Shown: positions 61,017 through 64,000 of the stretch, in pieces | Position numbering within the stretch: the first letter of the stretch is position 1 | Layout: every line of letters begins with the position of its first letter | NCBI GenBank assembly: GCA_038087875.1 | Contig: CM075989.1 | Coordinates: 23,624,001 to 23,688,000, forward strand | DNA length: 64,000 bases | Direction: 5' to 3' | Source: Malacoraja senta | Lineage: Eukaryota | Notes under the pieces: generated by a model | What the model was told of the DNA's origin: nothing | What the model saw: only the letters and a program-made list of their open reading frames with translations | Databases searched by the model: none | Made by a program: the position numbers and the translations under genes

Positions 61017-64000
61017 CTAGGGCACAAGAATTGGTATGGATTAAAACTCTTACAGCTTCATGTTAACATAGAAAATAGAAACATAGAAAATAGGTGCAGG
61101 AGGAGGCCATTCGGCCCTTCGAGCCAGCACCGCATGTTGATGCATAGGTTTAGGTTTAATATTGTCACGCATACCGAGGTACAGTGACAAGCTTTGTCTT
61201 GCATGCTATCCACTCAAATCAGACATCCCATCCATAAATACAATCAAATCAAACTCAAGTACAATAAATAGGGCAAAGGGCAAGATACAGAGTGCAGAAT
61301 ATAGTTCTCAGCATTGTAGCACATAGAATTATATAGCATGCAAATAGGCCCTTCCCAACTCATCTACACTAACCAATTAGACTTACTAAGAACATAGGAT
61401 ATAGAACAAATTGTAATTACTTAATTATTATAACTACTAAAAATGGTTTCATGTTTTCATACTTGTTAATTTTCCAAATGTACTCTTGATAGGAATGTAG
61501 AAATAAAGAACTGTAGATGCTGGTTTATAGCAGAGATGGACATTAAGTGCTGGAATAACTCAGCGGGTCAGGCAGCATCTCTGGAGAAAAAAGATGGGTG
61601 GCATTTTGGATCGGGACCCTTCTTGGTTCCGACCTGAAACATCACCCATCCCTTTTCTCCAGAGATGCTGCCTGACCCACTGAGTTACTCCAACACTTTG
61701 TGTCCGTCTCTGTTGATAGGAATCCCTATGGAAGGGATATGTTTAAGTGTTGGACAGTTTTTCGAACATATTGGCATTGGGTAGTTGTACACAGTCATCA
61801 GTAAAAACTCTTTAAAAATTGTAACTTTTACAGCAGTCACAGAAAACTATAAACTTGTTTATAAGCAAACAGACTGCTCAGCATTAGAGCACATTAACTG
61901 ACTCTTGATCCAAAAGCCTTGCATCTCATACATCTTCTACAATCAATTATTTTGCCTTAGTTGGAGATATTTTCCGTTTTTAATCGTGCTAGAGAGAATA
62001 AGTTGAAAAAACAAGGCAGAACAAGACAAAGCAACATCCTGCCATTTGTACTGCTTGTGCCACTATCTGCTCCTTCCGTGCCATTGAACGAGTGCACAAT
62101 CATTTATCTAGTCTCTCGTTCTTAACTAAAGCATTGTGGAAACCAAAGTAGGAAACAAGTGAAACACGATTGTTATTGGATAAGGTCAAGTAACAGGAGT
62201 CACTATCCAATGAGGCAGCTCTATAAGACTATGGCCAAGCCGCATTTGGAGTATTGCGTGCAGTTCTAGTTGCCCCCATTCCAGGAAGGATGTAGAGGCT
62301 TTGGAGAGGGTGCAGAGGAGGTTTACTGGAATGCTGCCTGGATTAGTGGGTTTCAGCTACAGGGAGAGGTTGGATAAATCTGGATTGTTTTCTCTGGAAC
62401 GTCAGAGGTTGAGGGGAGGCTTGATCGAAATATATAAAATTATTGGAGGCATAGATAGGATAGACAGTCAGAACCTTTTTTTCCCAGGGTGAAAATGTCC
62501 ATCACTGGAGGGCACAGCTATAAAGTGAGAGGGGAAAGTTTAATGGACTTTAGAGATACAGTGCGGAAACAGGCCCTTTGGCCCACTGAGTCCATGCCGA
62601 TCAGCAATCACCCTGTACACTAGCACTATCCTACACACTAGGGACAATTTATAATTTTACCAAAGCCAATTAACCTACAAACTTTAACGTCTTTGGAATG
62701 TGGGAGGAAACCGGAGCACCCGGAGAAAACCGGAGCGGTCATAGGGAAAAAGTACAAAATCCGTAGAGACAGCACCTGTAGTCAAGTTTGAACCCAAGTC
62801 TCTGGCACTGTAAGGCAGCAACTCTACCGCTGTACCACTGTGCCGAGATCTGAAGGACAACTTTTATTTTACATAGAGTGTGGTAGGGGCCTGGAACGCA
62901 TTGTAGTGGTGGAGGCAGATACCATAGTGGCATTGAAGAAGCTTTTGGATAGGTACCTGGAAGTGCAAGGAATAAAGGGAAAAGGATCGTGTGTAGAAGG
63001 AGTTTAACTTGGACCTCCGGGTGCTCTGGTTCCCTCCCACATTCCAAAGACGTGCAGGTTGGTAGTTTAATTGGCCTCTGTAATTGCCCCTGGTATGTAG
63101 GGAGTATATCTCTGGTTTCCCTTTCCCGTGACTTTCAGTCTGAAGAAGGGTCTGGACCCGAAGCATCACCCATTCCTTCTCTCTCACGACGAGTTACTCC
63201 GGCTTTTTGTGTCTGTCCTGGTGTGTTGGGAGTGGATGTGAAAGTGGGATGACATAGAACTAGAGTGAATGGGTGATCGATGGTCAGCATGGACCTGGTG
63301 GGCCGAAGGGCATGTTTCCATGCTGTATCTCTATGGGCTTGTGAACGGGGAATTGCCTGCACAGAAGCTGGCAGGTTGCAGTGACCATTTACTACAGAAA
63401 ATGTCATTGGGCAGCTTATAACCCAGCGGTATGAATATTGATTTCTCTAACTTCAAGTAAGCCTTGTATCTGCTCTCTTTGCATCGTTCCCCCACCCTAG
63501 TCAATGAACTCATTTTAGGGTCACCCTGTTGAGTCTGTATAACTCGTTATCAACTGTCCTACAGCCAACAATGGACTATTGTGGGCTCCGCCTTTCCTTG
63601 ATTATCGTTGCCTTTTGCATATCATTTGTCCTATTTACCGTCTATATCTCTCGTTTCCCTCTCCCCTGACTCTCACTCTGAAGAAGGGTCTCGATTGGAA
63701 CCGTCATCTATTTATTCCTTCTCTCCAGAGATGCTGCCTGGCCCGCTGAGTTACTCCAGCATTTTGTGTCTGATGACAGGACCTGAGCCTCCAATGCTCC
63801 TCGGGTTAAGAGTTCAGTCTGGAACCCATCACCAACCTCCATGGGAGGACCATTCTTGATTAGTACGGGTGTCAGGGGTTATGGGGAGAAGGCTGGAGAA
63901 TGGGGTTAGGAGGGAGAGATAGATCAGTCTTGCTTGAATGGCGGAGTAGACGTGATGGGCCGAATGGCCTGATTTTACTCCTATTCCTTATAACCTTATG

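Larger units (their letters stand above)
42566..64000 (+). repeat. Large direct duplication, copy 2
   Basis: Near-identical to 1-21464, including all TE insertions. Differences are scattered SNPs and small indels. Confidence 0.98.

Overview
Vertebrate genomic DNA, very probably a cartilaginous fish such as a skate or ray (inferred from abundant HE1/V-SINE-like, CR1 and Penelope-like repeats). The only host gene is a basonuclin (most likely BNC1) on the minus strand. Only its last two coding exons are visible (about 859 aa, three pairs of C2H2 fingers, PKKKSRK NLS). Positions 1-21464 recur almost identically at 42566-64000, so both exons appear twice. A 200-N scaffold gap (28592-28791) lies between the copies, so this is either a false haplotypic duplication or a very recent partial tandem duplication. 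The copies differ in the coding sequence by a 12-bp in-frame indel and three amino-acid changes. The rest is retroelement-rich: CR1, Rex1/Babar and L2 LINE fragments, about 18 tRNA-derived V-SINEs per 42 kb, a Helitron-like element, 15-bp and 66-bp tandem repeats, and a very abundant Penelope-like terminal repeat. That repeat carries a minimal hammerhead-ribozyme-like core and often sits as a fold-back palindrome between target-site duplications. A diverged, inverted copy of the BNC last-exon splice junction lies about 6 kb downstream of the stop codon. Repeat boundaries are approximate and were read by eye.
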